A stretch of DNA of 64,000 nucleotides. Source: Alloascoidea hylecoeti (taxonomy: Eukaryota). A model generated the notes under the pieces. That model was not told the DNA's origin. It saw nothing but the letters and a program-made list of their open reading frames with translations, and ran no database searches. Shown one piece after another: positions 12,610 through 25,254 of the stretch. Each line of letters opens with the position of its first letter. The stretch's first letter is position 1. The stretch lies in NCBI GenBank assembly GCA_001600815.1, contig BCKZ01000009.1, forward strand, positions 274,194-338,193, in the 5' to 3' direction. The translations under genes and the position numbers were made by a program.

Positions 12610-12738
12610 ACAGGAATACAAACTTAATGAGAAACCTTATAATCACACTATAGCTATTAAAATACTATTTAAATAGGCTTATATGTTCTTTTATAAAACA
12701 CACAAAAACTGAGAACTAAAAACTAAGAATTGATTGAA

Positions 12739-14520
12739 ATGGCTCCAGTAAGACAAGCTGATCAATACACCCAGAAAAGCGCCGGTACTGTTTCCCTTGG
12801 TGAATACATCTTCACAAGAATCCGCCAATTTGGCGTAAAAAACATCTTTGGTGTGCCAGGTGACTTCAACTTGGGTTTGCTAGAGAAGTTGTATGAAGTC
12901 GAGGGTTTGAATTGGGTTGGGTGTTGTAACGAACTGAATGCTGCATACGCTGCTGATGGCTATGGTCGAGCTTCCAAAAATAATGGCGCTCCTGCTGTTC
13001 TCATCACCACTTTTGGAGTTGGTGAACTGTCTGCTATTAATGGAATAGCAGGTGCTTTCGCTGAGCGCTCTCCTATTCTTCATATTGTTGGAGTTTCTCC
13101 CACAAAATATCATGGAACTTCCAAAAAGGTCCACCATCTGGTTCCAGGTAAGGTCTTAAATATTCCAGATCACAAAGTCTACTCAAAAATGATCGAGCCC
13201 ATATGTTGTGCCTCTACTTGGTTAGATAATCCTGCTACTGCTGTTTTGGAATTTGATAAAGTTGTCCGTAAAATCGTTTTGACCTCCCAGCCTGGCTATG
13301 TGTTCTTACCTATCTCAAGTGTTGAGTTTCCAGTTTCAACTCATCGTCTCGATATACCTTTGGAAACATCCCTTCCACAATTGACCCCTCCTGATATCCT
13401 CCTAGTTGATAAGATTGTTAAAGCTATAGAATCTGCTTCCAGGCCTGTTAGCTTGATTGATTCTTTGGCCTCAAGAAATAATGGCAGGCCAATCGTACAA
13501 CAATTTCTAGAGACAACTAAATTTTGGTCGTTTACTACAAATGGTGGTATAGGACTCATAGATCATTCAAATCCTTATTATTGTGGGGTTTACTTTGGAA
13601 AATATTCTACTCCAGGTATTGCTGACTTCATTGAATCATCAGATCTAGTAATTCATATTGGCTCATTAGAGTCAGACTTAAATACTGGATCTTTCACCAA
13701 CAACGTTTTAGAGAAAAATAAAATAGAATTCACACATGATTATATCAAAATTGAAGGTGAAACCTTTATTGTAAATCATTATCTTCCAATACTTGCTGAA
13801 GTTTCTAAACGCTTAAACCCTGAAAATTATAAAAATAAAATGTTACACAAACCCGAATTTACTACTAAGGATCAATCTATAGAAACTCATGCACTAAAAT
13901 CTAAATATTCATCGGAAATAAAATCAGGAATTGATCAAAGTATATTTCTCAAAACATTTGAAAGAGTCCTAAAGCCAAACGATACACTTGTCTGTGAAAC
14001 TTGTAGTATTCAGTTTGCTCTGGCAGACTTGAATTTACCTGACAAAATAACTGTGGTTTCTCAACCCTATTATGCTTCAATTGGTATGACGTTACCTGCC
14101 ACTTTAGGTTTATCTATTTCAAATCGAGAACACAAAAAATCAGGTAATATTTTCTTACTTGAAGGAGATGGATCTTCTCAAATGACAATCCAAGAGTTAG
14201 GGACAATGATTAGAAACAAAGTAAAAGTTACAATATTTCTTTTAAATAATGATGGCTATAGTGTTGAGAGAGCTATCTTGGGAGAGAAAAGATCATACAA
14301 TGACATTTCACCCAATTGGGAATGGACAAATCTTTTAAACAGTTTTGGTGGAAGAGGGAGCAAAGATATTTTTACAACAAAAATTAGTAATGAAAAAGAA
14401 ATGAATAAGTTGTTCTCAGATAAAGACTTCTTGAGAGGTGATAGATTACAATTGGTCGAAGTTATTATGGATAGGATGGATGTGCCATGGAGATTTTGCG
14501 AGATGCTTGAAAGAGATTAA
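12739..14520 (+). CDS. ARO10: ThDP-dependent 2-oxo-acid (phenylpyruvate) decarboxylase, ARO10-like
   Basis: FGVPGDFNL, CNELNAAYAADGY, TTFGVGELSA, HHLVP...DHKVY (Aro10-like) and ThDP motif GDGSSQMT...NNDGY. First ATG at 12739 (the ORF track starts at TTG). Confidence 0.85.
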   Translation: MAPVRQADQYTQKSAGTVSLGEYIFTRIRQFGVKNIFGVPGDFNLGLLEKLYEVEGLNWVGCCNELNAAYAADGYGRASKNNGAPAVLITTFGVGELSAINGIAGAFAERSPILHIVGVSPTKYHGTSKKVHHLVPGKVLNIPDHKVYSKMIEPICCASTWLDNPATAVLEFDKVVRKIVLTSQPGYVFLPISSVEFPVSTHRLDIPLETSLPQLTPPDILLVDKIVKAIESASRPVSLIDSLASRNNGRPIVQQFLETTKFWSFTTNGGIGLIDHSNPYYCGVYFGKYSTPGIADFIESSDLVIHIGSLESDLNTGSFTNNVLEKNKIEFTHDYIKIEGETFIVNHYLPILAEVSKRLNPENYKNKMLHKPEFTTKDQSIETHALKSKYSSEIKSGIDQSIFLKTFERVLKPNDTLVCETCSIQFALADLNLPDKITVVSQPYYASIGMTLPATLGLSISNREHKKSGNIFLLEGDGSSQMTIQELGTMIRNKVKVTIFLLNNDGYSVERAILGEKRSYNDISPNWEWTNLLNSFGGRGSKDIFTTKISNEKEMNKLFSDKDFLRGDRLQLVEVIMDRMDVPWRFCEMLERD

Positions 14521-15184
14521 AAGTATTGTTATTTATTTTTCTATATAAGTATAAATATAGGCTATATAGATTGTAGTTCATATATGAAAGAATTAAAAAG
14601 AATTGATGTTAGAGAATAAGAGTAAAACTAAAATAAAAAAATTACATATTATCATATGTTATACGTTTAATAATATATAATTTGTACCGTGATTGAACAT
14701 TACGGCTTTAATTCTTAAATACCGGTAGCTCTTTAAGTTTGTATGTAATGTATATTTCAGTAAGCACAAAGTTCTACTTACTTATAAAGATTTTAAATTA
14801 ACAGACAGAGCTAGCTATTCACTTAAATACCAAGTAAAGCTTCGTTATATTATTTACGTCAATAGATATCCAGTATACCGATCAGATGTTGTGTTAATCT
14901 ACGATTGAATTATTAAACGAAAAAGGACCAATTGGTGATCTTAAAGCAATATCAAGAATTACAAATAACTATAAAACTAAAACTAAAACCAAAAACTATA
15001 ACTAAAGAACATTAGAAATAAAACAAAGAAAAGCTATTTATATACTCAAAAAGAGTTACCGAATTCAGCAGAAGTAACGCTAAATTCATCAATATATAGA
15101 ATAGTGAAGAAAAATAATGTAATATTTACATACTTAGTATCGACCAGCTACAACTATAGTATAAGTACACATAATAATTAATGT

Positions 15185-16924
15185 TCAACACCAACTTCTA
15201 TAAAACCGATAGTAAAATGGTCTAGAAGCAATATACTCCTTTTCATCTAATATTTCTTGTTTTAACAAATCAAGATCATGTTCTTTTCTTCCAATGTCTA
15301 TATCAATATCATATGCTCTGACCCATATGCTCCACTGTTTTTTCCAGATCTTATATCCCAACCAGAATATAAAGACCACAAAAAATGCCATGTAGGCTTG
15401 CATAAAGGAGACAACATTAGGTTTTTTTGAACCTATAGGATACAAACCAATCCAAAATTGAGCAATTAATATTAAAAAATTGACTAAAAGGCCAAAAGTT
15501 GATCCAATTATTCCTGTTTGGGAAATAAATACAAGTTCATCGGTTCCCCTTCCATTGATTTTCAGTGCATATCTAAACCTGAGGTGTGCGGCACATATTG
15601 ACCCCCAAGTGAAAATAAATGAAAGACCTGCAATAGCAGCAAGCCAGTTGAATATATTAGTAGCGTTATCAGAAGTTGCTGTGAAACATAGTAGGCCGAA
15701 TCCAAGATTAACTGCTAAAGCACCTAAAGGTCTTCCTCTAACATCGACATACGAGAGAAACTTTGGAGCTTGATCCTGTAAGGAAAGAGCAGCAAGCGTC
15801 CGCGAACAAGCGAATACAGAGGAATTTGCAACGGATATAACTGAAATTAAAATGACTAGATTCAAGAATGTCCCAATTCCTTCAATTCCTGCCCTAGTTG
15901 TTGCAATGATAAATGGGCTTGCCTTCGGGTCATAGCTACCACTTCCTAATGAGGTATTGTTATATGGAACTAGAAAGCAAATGATTGTTAAAGTAATGAG
16001 ATAAAATATGATAATTCTCCAAAAAACTTGTCTAGTAGCCCTTGGGAGTTCGATTTGAGGATTCTCAGTTTCAGCCGCTGCCAAACCAACAATCTCGGTA
16101 CCACCAAAAGAAAAAGAGGCCGTAACAAAAACTGTACAAATACCTTTGAAACCATGTGATAGTGGACCTGGGTTATGCCAATATTTAGCGCCTATATAGC
16201 CACCTTTGGGGCCACCTCCACAAATTAAAACTAATCCCATGATTATAAAAACCGTAATCGCAATAAGTTTAAATGTAGAAAATACAAATTCGGTTTCACC
16301 ATATCCCCTAACACCAAAAAGGTTCACTATCACGACAAACAAATAAAAAATAAGTGCAAAAACAGCGCTATTTATTTGATCATTCCAGTATTGAACAATA
16401 ATTGTAGCTACTACAAGCTCAAGAGGCAAAACTACCATCCAACAGATTGCATAGTTCCATCCCATTGCAAACCCCCATGCTGGGTCGAGAAATCTTGTAG
16501 AAAAAGATGAAGCACCGCCTACCGTTGGAAATGCCACAGCTAACTCACCAAGAGCATGTGTAGTGCAAAATATCATAGCACCCACGATGAAAAATCCGAA
16601 TATTAATGCAGCAGGTCCTCCGCTCTTTAATGCTGCTCCAGAACCAATGAACAGACCAGTCCCTATAGACCCACCGATTGCAATCATTGTAAGATGTCTA
16701 CCTTGTAACCTACGCATTAGAGGTACTCTTGATGTAGCGATAATGGCTCTTTCCATATCGCTGAGCGTGCGATCAGGCTCTTCATAGTATGCTTTTTGAA
16801 AACTAGCTTTAAACGATTCCCATCTGTTTAAAGTTGTAACCGACCCTCGGGAATAAGCAGACTCAGTTGCATAGATATCATTAAGTTCTTGATTGTACTC
16901 GTAATCCACCTGCTTGAACACCAT
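15185..16924 (-). CDS. APC-family (YAT) amino-acid permease, GAP1-like
   Basis: RHLTMIAIGGSIGTGLF, FSFGGTEIVG, about 12 hydrophobic segments, C-terminal ...RSWC. Confidence 0.95.
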   Translation of the reverse strand: MVFKQVDYEYNQELNDIYATESAYSRGSVTTLNRWESFKASFQKAYYEEPDRTLSDMERAIIATSRVPLMRRLQGRHLTMIAIGGSIGTGLFIGSGAALKSGGPAALIFGFFIVGAMIFCTTHALGELAVAFPTVGGASSFSTRFLDPAWGFAMGWNYAICWMVVLPLELVVATIIVQYWNDQINSAVFALIFYLFVVIVNLFGVRGYGETEFVFSTFKLIAITVFIIMGLVLICGGGPKGGYIGAKYWHNPGPLSHGFKGICTVFVTASFSFGGTEIVGLAAAETENPQIELPRATRQVFWRIIIFYLITLTIICFLVPYNNTSLGSGSYDPKASPFIIATTRAGIEGIGTFLNLVILISVISVANSSVFACSRTLAALSLQDQAPKFLSYVDVRGRPLGALAVNLGFGLLCFTATSDNATNIFNWLAAIAGLSFIFTWGSICAAHLRFRYALKINGRGTDELVFISQTGIIGSTFGLLVNFLILIAQFWIGLYPIGSKKPNVVSFMQAYMAFFVVFIFWLGYKIWKKQWSIWVRAYDIDIDIGRKEHDLDLLKQEILDEKEYIASRPFYYRFYRSWC

Positions 16925-18361
16925 ATTTTAGTTGAAAGAATATTATAGCAATACTAGCACTTTTATAAATGGAGATATCATCCGACTAAATATTTGTATT
17001 AGAATGGCATTATAAACAAAAATTATGGTATGTGATTGACTATAAATATCCAAATATTTATGTCCTTATAGATTCTGCAGCTGAAACCTGATAACATGCA
17101 TCAATATTAGGTGCATCTAGATATTATGCATGCACCACTTTTAAGTATCTTCTTTTGCAGAATGAAAAATATAACTTTTAATATCCAACAATAATTACTT
17201 CGCTTTATACATGGGAAAGAAGAAAAATATACATCATAAAAACCAGAAGAATAATCAAGGTTACTGATCACTTATACAATATACCAATTCATCTGATACT
17301 AGTAATGTTGCATATAGGGTCTTCATCTCAAGCTATATGTAGATACACGAGTCAATCATATTAATGTATCTCGCTCTAGCTATAGATTGAGATTAAGATT
17401 GATACCTAAACATCCGTATATTATAGATATAAATATATGTAAGTGAATTTTTAAGAAGCGATGCGTGAGGTGAGATATAATAAAAATTATAATCTATATA
17501 AGATGTAAAAATAATCCTAATCAGTCCTCAACTCGCTATAGCTATAGGTATAATAGTACTATATATACCGACCAAACTCATTAGTATTAGCAACTGGAGT
17601 AACTTTGAAATTGCCTAGTGTGATATTAACCACTTTAATTGAAATCTTGATATATATATAATTTATAGCTTCTGGAAACCTGAAAATTGTAGAAGATTAC
17701 ATCTAAACACTATATAAAATTGTTGTTGTGGCGAGACATTGCAATTCATATATTTGGTGCTGATAATGCAATGCGCTTTTTAGGGTCTATAACTTATGCT
17801 ATCCACATTGCAATGATTGCACTAGAAATACAACTGGTAGGAAATAGGTATTATAAGGCTTATAAGTGCATCGACTGTGTCTTAGATCTCCTACAATATC
17901 AATTTTTGTATAAGATCTTATATGCAATATTTATTTTAAAATTATATCTACTCGGAATCACTCCTATATAACCATTGGGAAAATAATGTGTTGAAAAACA
18001 CTGCTAATCATCTATTAGACTACCGCAAATGATACATTTCCTGCAGCTGAACCTTGTCAAGTTTTTTATGCTACTGAGTTCAATATAATCTCAATCATGA
18101 AATTCATCATTACAATATGGCATCACAACAAGCTAAATATATAAATATATAGCTACCAATATAAGCATTAACATTCTATATGGAATCACTAAGGATCCAG
18201 TGTGCGCAATAATTACCAACAGACGCAATTTTTAAGGTAAATGAATTGTATGAAGTTATCTTGATATAATATTGATAAGCGTATACCTCAGAATGGTGTA
18301 ACTACTAGCACTGCGAAGATAGAAAGTGGAAACAAAATTTTAGTAAATAAATATAGTAGAA

Positions 18362-19060
18362 ATGAAATATATAATTGAACATATGGAACATGGGTTCTCT
18401 GACTGGGTAATCTTAGAGTACTCTGCCATTATTAAGGACGTTGGCAGAGAGAACCTTTTTTTAACATCCTTGCCGGATTCGACAACAGAAATTGAGATTC
18501 CTCAACAGTTGAAGGATGTGGGTCTTCAATGGACCACTGAAGAAGCAATTAGTTTACCCAATGTTTTTCAAGGTATACCGAATATTGAAAAATCTAGGGT
18601 TTGTCTTTTAGATCCCGCTGCAGAAACTGACTTGGTACCAGAAGATGCGGAAAAATTTGATTATTTTGTATTTGGAGGAATTCTAGGTGATCATCCTCCA
18701 AGAGACAGAACTGGAGAATTGAGACGAAAATATGGATTTGTGGGGAAAAGACTCGGGGCTAAACAGATGACTACAGACACCGCTGTTAGAGTTACACAAC
18801 TAATAGTTGATAAAAAGAGTAAGTTAGAGTCTAGAACTATTATTTATCATTGCACCAAATTTTAACACGAAACTTATAAAATAGTCCCATTTGATAAAAT
18901 ACCATTTGCTGATTTCCCAGAATTCAAGTTTAATAAACACGAGACGACTGAAATGCCTTTTAGATATGTTACTGACGAATCAGGTGAGCCAATATTACCC
19001 GAGGGCATGCTGAAGTTAATAAAAGAAGATTCGGAACAGACTTTAGATGGTCTTATATGA
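18362..19060 (+). CDS. SFM1: SPOUT-family protein-arginine methyltransferase Sfm1 (2 exons: 18362-18818, 18885-19060)
   Basis: MKYIIEHME, FVFGGILGDHPPRDRT, QMTTDTAVR. A 66-nt intron 18819-18884 (GTAAGT...TTTAAC...TAG) restores the C-terminus ...ETTEMPFRYV...PILPEGMLKLIKED. Confidence 0.93.
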
Positions 19061-19145
19061 TTGTATGATTGTTGTGTATATTTTATAGATAAAGATCCAT
19101 ACAGTATAATATTATTATTTTGCTTGGTTTTTAATAATTTGCATT

Positions 19146-21666
19146 CTAGATCTCTTTCATTAGCAATTTTCCTTTTTTAGCGCTAGCCTCTGATTTTGGT
19201 TTCTGATTGTCTCCTTTAAGCAATTCATATAATAAAAAATAAGTAAGGTTTTCATCTTCAAAATATTCGACATGAGAACTTAGAACTGTTATAATCGAGA
19301 AATCAAGATAACCTCGAGGTAAAGAATAATCAACACGGCCATTTCTATTACAAGCCTTTAAAACTTTCAGTGCATTTTCGGGTATTTCTACATATTTTCC
19401 TTTGGGATCTAAAGTTTTTGAATTTATTATTTCTTGATCTAATTTTTTTGTTTCAGCATTGTTCGCTTTTTTATCTTTCCATTTATTTTCAATCATTGCT
19501 GTAAATTCGGTTGAAATTCCCAAAAAATTTTCATATTCTTTCGTAAACGCAGGCATATTGGTGACGAAATCTGAAAATTTGTCAGTAACTTGAGCCAGTT
19601 TATTTGTTAAATCTGCTCCAATTGAAGCTATTTCTGAAAGTTGCAAATTGATATCTTTTTTAACGTATGGAGTTGATTCTGCTTCAAATTTAGCCATTTC
19701 GGAACAAATTAATGGTTCCACTCTATAACTAACAGGATCAGAAGGATGAAATATGTTATAAAAGTTATTGACTTTAGGTCTTAAAATATTATCATTAATT
19801 ATTTCAGGATTGCTCTCAGATCGCGGTCCAATTGTCTTCTTATTCATCAACTTGAACGCACCATTTGGAGATCCAATCGTGAAAAGATTCTTGACATTGA
19901 ACGATATATATTTATCGCTTGTTTTAATATCCTCATAGTTGATATCATCAGGTGGTTTGGAAGGTTGTTCACTTAGAATGTCCAAGACAATCGTGGAACC
20001 AAGAGAATGAGCCAAAATACTAACATCACCATCATAACTTGGGTTTTTTTCTTTGAACAACCAATATAACCTATTTAATTCCGAAATGACCACAGATTTT
20101 ATCTCCTTGCGATATTCTGGCTCATAGTATAATAAAATGTCCAATAAAACATTACCAACTATACCACGAACGGGCTTTATGGAATTAACAGTAACATCTT
20201 GTAGAGAAGGTAAATCATCTTTCTTTTGCTTATGATCATTAACCGGGTTGAAACTCATTTTGTGTCTCCAGGTAATTGGCAAAACTTGAACTCTATGATT
20301 ATTTCTCAGCTCTTTTACAGCATCTTCATCATACTTGGGATTCTTGTCATCTAGAATTACTGAACTGTTAATCAGATTTGGAAGAACCTTAGAATCTGAA
20401 TAAACATTTTTCATTGTCTTTCTTAAATTATTAATAGAATGGGAAAAGGTGATAGTATCAATTTTTGAGCTAAGTTGCTGCCCAATACCATGAACACAGA
20501 GCACCAAATGATCAATTTTTCTTCCTTCATTACTATCCGATGTATCATCATTGTAGTCATGCTCCATCTCACTTTCAACTTCTTTTTTCTCACTTGAAGA
20601 TGATCCGCCAACTAAAGCAGAAGTGAACTCTAGTTGTGCTTTAGCCATCAAGCTCATGTCCACATCTTCCTCATCTTTACGTTTGCTATCCTCAACTTCC
20701 TTATTATTAATCAGGGATTTCGGAATACTTCTTGTTACCTTTTTAGCACCTAAACTCACCAAATCCGGGAAAACTTCTAACAAAGGCTTTGGAATTGTAT
20801 CATATAAAGTCTTGGGTATAATATATGCAGATTTACCATCAGATAGATATAAAACATAGCTTGAATCATCTGAAATATCTAAACTATAAATCAAATTTTG
20901 TTTTATCTCTTTCTTGCTTTTTGTTTGATTATCATCTTTAATAAGTTTCATGGAGTCCACATTTAGTTCTGTATTTTCTTTCAAGAATGGCTTCATGTAT
21001 TGATAACCCTCCTCTAGTTTATCGGCCAACCTTTCATTGCAAGGCTTATCGTCTCCATCAAACCAAGTACCTCTTCTAACTTCGAAAATGGGACCGTCCC
21101 AATAAACAGGTTGAATTTGCCTCTGAAGCAGATCTACTTCAAATAGCTTGTCTTCTAGAACCGGGACAATTACTTTGGAAGTGGGCTTATGTCTTGAACT
21201 TGCAATTGAATTGACAAGCTTTTGGTACTCGCGCTCTAGTAATCTTGAATCAGGAATTGAGAAGGGAACAAATTTTAACGGTTCTCTTTTCTGGGGGGAA
21301 GTGGACTTTGAGGGTAGATCTAGATATGAAGGCTTCCATTTTGGTATATCCGAAGAATAGAACCATCTGATTTATATTTTATAATTATGTTAATTTTACA
21401 TTGACTATAATATCATATGATTAATTTCTTTGAACATACCTTGTAGATAACCGGGGTTCCTTTATATTGCTATTGGCAACTGGAACATGACCTGGCTGTT
21501 GCGGAAGATTCGAATCTTCTATAACTGGTCTTTTACTTTTGGATTGCAGTTGTATTGAAGATTGATTATATTTCCGGTTTTGCCATGGTAATTGGCATTG
21601 TTTGGATTTTTTCACAACCAAGTGTGAACATCTTATACAGCTTTTGCGATGAATCAGCAACCACAT
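19146..21666 (-). CDS. DDL1: DDHD-domain phospholipase A1 (2 exons: 21666-21440, 21366-19146; ~815 aa)
   Basis: VYWDGPIFEVRRGTWF, HLVLCVHGIG, lipase motif AHSLG, FHPSDPVSYRVEPL, RVDY. A 73-nt intron 21367-21439 (GTATGT...ATTAAC...CAG) joins to give RWFYSSDIP. Confidence 0.9.
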
Positions 21667-22127
21667 TGATATTACCAGGCCCAAATAAGCTTATAAGGTA
21701 AGTAGTTATCAATGGCTAGCTAAATTTACTGGAAAAAAAAACGGCAACCTCAAATGATATTCTAGAAGAAAAATTAAAAAATCAAAAAATCAAAAAGAAG
21801 CTCAATTTTATGCATGCCTTAACATTGGCTGCTCAATTACATGGAATAATTACTATTATTTGTATATAAAAGCCTTAAGCTTGGATTGAAAACAAATATT
21901 TGAGACAATTGAATACCTGATATTTACCATATGTAGTTATTATACTAAATAAACTCTTTTTTCCAATCCTTTTTATTTACAGCCATAAGATGCTTTCGAC
22001 GCCATAGACCCGTATTCCCCACTCATGCTCAATAGTAACAATAAAAATCAATCCAAAAGACATGAAAATCAACAAAATAAACAACACATTTTATTTAGAA
22101 GTAAATAGACATTTCATAGTAGCAGAC

Positions 22128-22829
22128 TTAATAGAAACCTTTATCACCAGTAAAGTCTAACAAATTAATCCGTAATCGATGTGTCTAGAAATGAAAAGTA
22201 TGTTAGTAACGTGTGGGGTAAAATAAACCAAAAAGTTAGAATACACTTACACTTGGAAGTTTTGGAATAACGCCAACCATACAAATAGCACTGTTAAAAA
22301 TAAAGGCATTTAGATCGTAATGACTATAATGAGTTGATATCAAGAACAACCCCACCGGGACCCCAAGTAAGAATTTCTTTGCGGGAGTATATTGGTCACC
22401 CCCATCAATTTGTTCCCACATTGTAAGATTATCATAGGCACCGCCGTTAAATTCAAATGGAACACCTTTGATGCCATGGAACATGATATATGAACCTACG
22501 ACGTACGTTGTGTTTGTGAAAGTCCAGGAGAGCTCCTGGGAAACTCCTGGTAGCAAATCGTAGGATACTTTAAGTAAGGCAATTATCAAAAAATGAATGG
22601 CCCATGCACCTAGAAAGGACACCTGTTAGGAATCTATAGAAAAGGGTAAAAAAGAAATACAAAGTGACTTACCCTTGAAGTTCACCCAGTTAGCGTTGAT
22701 GTTTGGGTTAATAATCTGATCGCATTCCTCCTCCATCGTTTCTGGTTGAACATGAGTTATAGTTAGAAGACTAGAAGATCTTCGCCTTGGAGGCAAGTCC
22801 TCATTATCGTTAATAGGTACAAAATTCAT
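22128..22829 (-). CDS. ORM1: ORMDL-family sphingolipid synthesis regulator Orm1/Orm2 (3 exons: 22829-22673, 22609-22251, 22184-22128)
   Basis: RRRSSS, NANWVNFKGAW, KGVPFEFNGGAYDNLTMWEQID, IPKLPSTHRLRI. Introns 22610-22672 (GTAAGT..CCTAAC..TAG) and 22185-22250 (GTAAGT..TACTAAC..TAG). Confidence 0.93.
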
Positions 22830-22860
22830 TGTAGGAAGAGAGCAGTGCGAAGTGTAAGAA

Positions 22861-22863
<3 letters not shown>

Positions 22864-22892
<29 letters not shown>
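22864..22892. repeat. (AG)14 microsatellite just upstream of the ORM start codon
   Basis: Uninterrupted AG run followed by (GAGAT)3. Confidence 0.95.
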
Positions 22893-22899
<7 letters not shown>

Positions 22900-23246
22900 A
22901 TGAGATGAGATGGATTGGCGGAGGAGCCTTATATAGTCGTCACCTGCAATGACACATAATGATTAATACACATAAAACGCCACCAACTTCAAAAGCCTAT
23001 GACAGGGTTTGAGTCTTCTTTGTGTTTCCACTTTATTTTCTACTTTAATTATCACAAGCTTACATTTTCTTTTATTTCAGAGTTCTTGATTTATTTACTA
23101 TATAATTATAGTGTTAGAATAAAAAAATATCAGAGCTAATATTTAGGATTTAATAAACAAATATCAGCTAGTTTCATATGTATTTGCCGCAATTGCAATT
23201 GTTATATATATTTCAGACTTACTTCTGATTCAAACTACTATTGCTG

Positions 23247-24908
23247 CTATGATTCTTCTTGACCAATGATTCGACTTCTAGACCTCGTGATATGGAATCC
23301 TATTCCGGTCGAATCGTTATCTTGATCTTTGCATACATCCCTCTTTCGATAAACCTTGGGTAAAATGATCTTTAGTGGTCGGTGCTCCTTATAATCTGCG
23401 TCCAACGAGTCACTTGAGGTAGTACTCTGAGTTCGAGCATGACTCATGATTGACCCCTTAGGTCGAAAGCCTCCAGCTTTGCTTTTTCTTCGATTTCTTC
23501 CCTTTTGTTTCTTAATTGATTTATCTGAGCCAAGCGCTAATTCTTTTTCAACATCGATGTTTAGTTTACGAGCCTCAGCAATCGCCCGTTCGAATGGCGT
23601 TGCATCCGGTTTAACCGATGTGCTATTCCTATGTTCCGAACCTTCAGGTCCAATCTCCTCTTCTTCTTCATTCTCAAATAAATAGCTCTTTTCCACTTTT
23701 TCTACTGTCGTCTTAACTAAAGCATCAAAACTTTCATTATTGTTGAATTTCTGTTTCTTGTTAATCAGTTGTTTTAAGTTTATTGTCGTGTGGATCGTAT
23801 CACTTAGCGACCTTTTATTTGCAAATCTTCTGGGAATATATGTGCTTGATTGACCGAAAAAATGTGAAACGTCATCAGGTGCAATCGAACTACCAGAAAG
23901 CCGCTCGTTTATCTTTCTTATATCTTCCAATGTCAAATTGTTAGCCTTCATTATATTTAATCCTTCTGCATCCTGATCCTCCAGAATAATTCCGCATGTC
24001 TCTAGAGCTATATCATGACAAGAATATTCTTTCCCATGGGCTAATCTATTATGATTGATGAAACCTTGAACACCATTAAAATTGCTTCTACCACAATAAA
24101 GACATTGCATTTTCACAAGTAATCCATCTCTTCTTCGGCAAATGCAATGAATCGCCGATTGATATAGTCGGTTTGGACGAAGTGTCAAAGTTTGTGATCG
24201 AGTTTTCATGGGTATGTAACCTGTGTTGTGTGAATCTTCCGCCATACTATCCATAACAGGAGGCGACGGAGTTTGGGTAGGCTCAATTAATATACCCTTA
24301 TTTTTTGCTTCTGTATGCTTCTCTATCTTCAGCATCATTGCCTTAACTTTATTAATCAGGTTGTCTATATTTTGTGCCTCCCGATGTTTAAGTAAAATTT
24401 CAAAGTCGAATTGTTCCCGTATTACACTTCGAATCTGATCAAGTCGAGAATCTTCAAAACTAGACATTATTGTTTGAGAAACTTTACAATTCCCAAGTTG
24501 TGACATAGACTCTTGATAGTTTAAAACGACATCGGATTCTTCAGTTGAAACATCGATATCTGATTCTGATTCGCTTTCAACACTGCACATCGATTTCGGG
24601 GTCTTTACCTCACTTAATTCGACGCATTGTTCATTTGTATCCAGCATCGGAGAAGATATTTTGACATAAGGGGGTGAATAAAGATTTGAGGTATTATCAC
24701 CTGCTAGGTCAGATGGTAAACCCCCTTTAAAATTCGTTCGCGTATTAATGTGGAAGGGAAGTCGGGTCAGATTTTTTTGTATAGAGTGGGAGGGTGTTTC
24801 ATTTGAAACGTAAGAGGAGTCGAAGTTGCTGGTAATTAGTTCAATGTTTCCAACTTTTATTATTCTATTATTGGGAGAACGTCGAGCCTGCTTCGATTGT
24901 GCTGCCAT
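23247..24908 (-). CDS. AHC1: Ahc1-like protein (ADA HAT complex component) with C2H2-type zinc finger
   Basis: IREQFDFEILLKHRE coiled segment and CICRRRDG..CLYCGRSNFNGVQGFINHNRLAH motif. First ATG at 24908. Confidence 0.75.
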   Translation of the reverse strand: MAAQSKQARRSPNNRIIKVGNIELITSNFDSSYVSNETPSHSIQKNLTRLPFHINTRTNFKGGLPSDLAGDNTSNLYSPPYVKISSPMLDTNEQCVELSEVKTPKSMCSVESESESDIDVSTEESDVVLNYQESMSQLGNCKVSQTIMSSFEDSRLDQIRSVIREQFDFEILLKHREAQNIDNLINKVKAMMLKIEKHTEAKNKGILIEPTQTPSPPVMDSMAEDSHNTGYIPMKTRSQTLTLRPNRLYQSAIHCICRRRDGLLVKMQCLYCGRSNFNGVQGFINHNRLAHGKEYSCHDIALETCGIILEDQDAEGLNIMKANNLTLEDIRKINERLSGSSIAPDDVSHFFGQSSTYIPRRFANKRSLSDTIHTTINLKQLINKKQKFNNNESFDALVKTTVEKVEKSYLFENEEEEEIGPEGSEHRNSTSVKPDATPFERAIAEARKLNIDVEKELALGSDKSIKKQKGRNRRKSKAGGFRPKGSIMSHARTQSTTSSDSLDADYKEHRPLKIILPKVYRKRDVCKDQDNDSTGIGFHITRSRSRIIGQEES

Positions 24909-25254
24909 ATTATTCAATAAAAATGTAAAATTACTGGGAATATATATAAATATTTGTGGTTGTGTTCGTATATATAGCAATGAGTGTTTTGATTGCTAAT
25001 ATAATGCAAAAATGGGATTTGCGTGTTAGAGCTGTAAGTTTGAAGTAAGCCAAATATAAACAGATTCAGCAATAGTTGTTGTAGAACCGGGTTGATGTAA
25101 AAAGCATTGAAAGAGAGAAAAAGTAGCCGGTGGGGGGCAAATAGGATCTAAACAGTTTCGGAAGAGGGAAAAAGTTTAGTTGGAATGCAATAAATAAAAT
25201 AAGGGCAACGTACACCCACACACCGTATTTCCCCGAAACGCCACGTTCACATGA

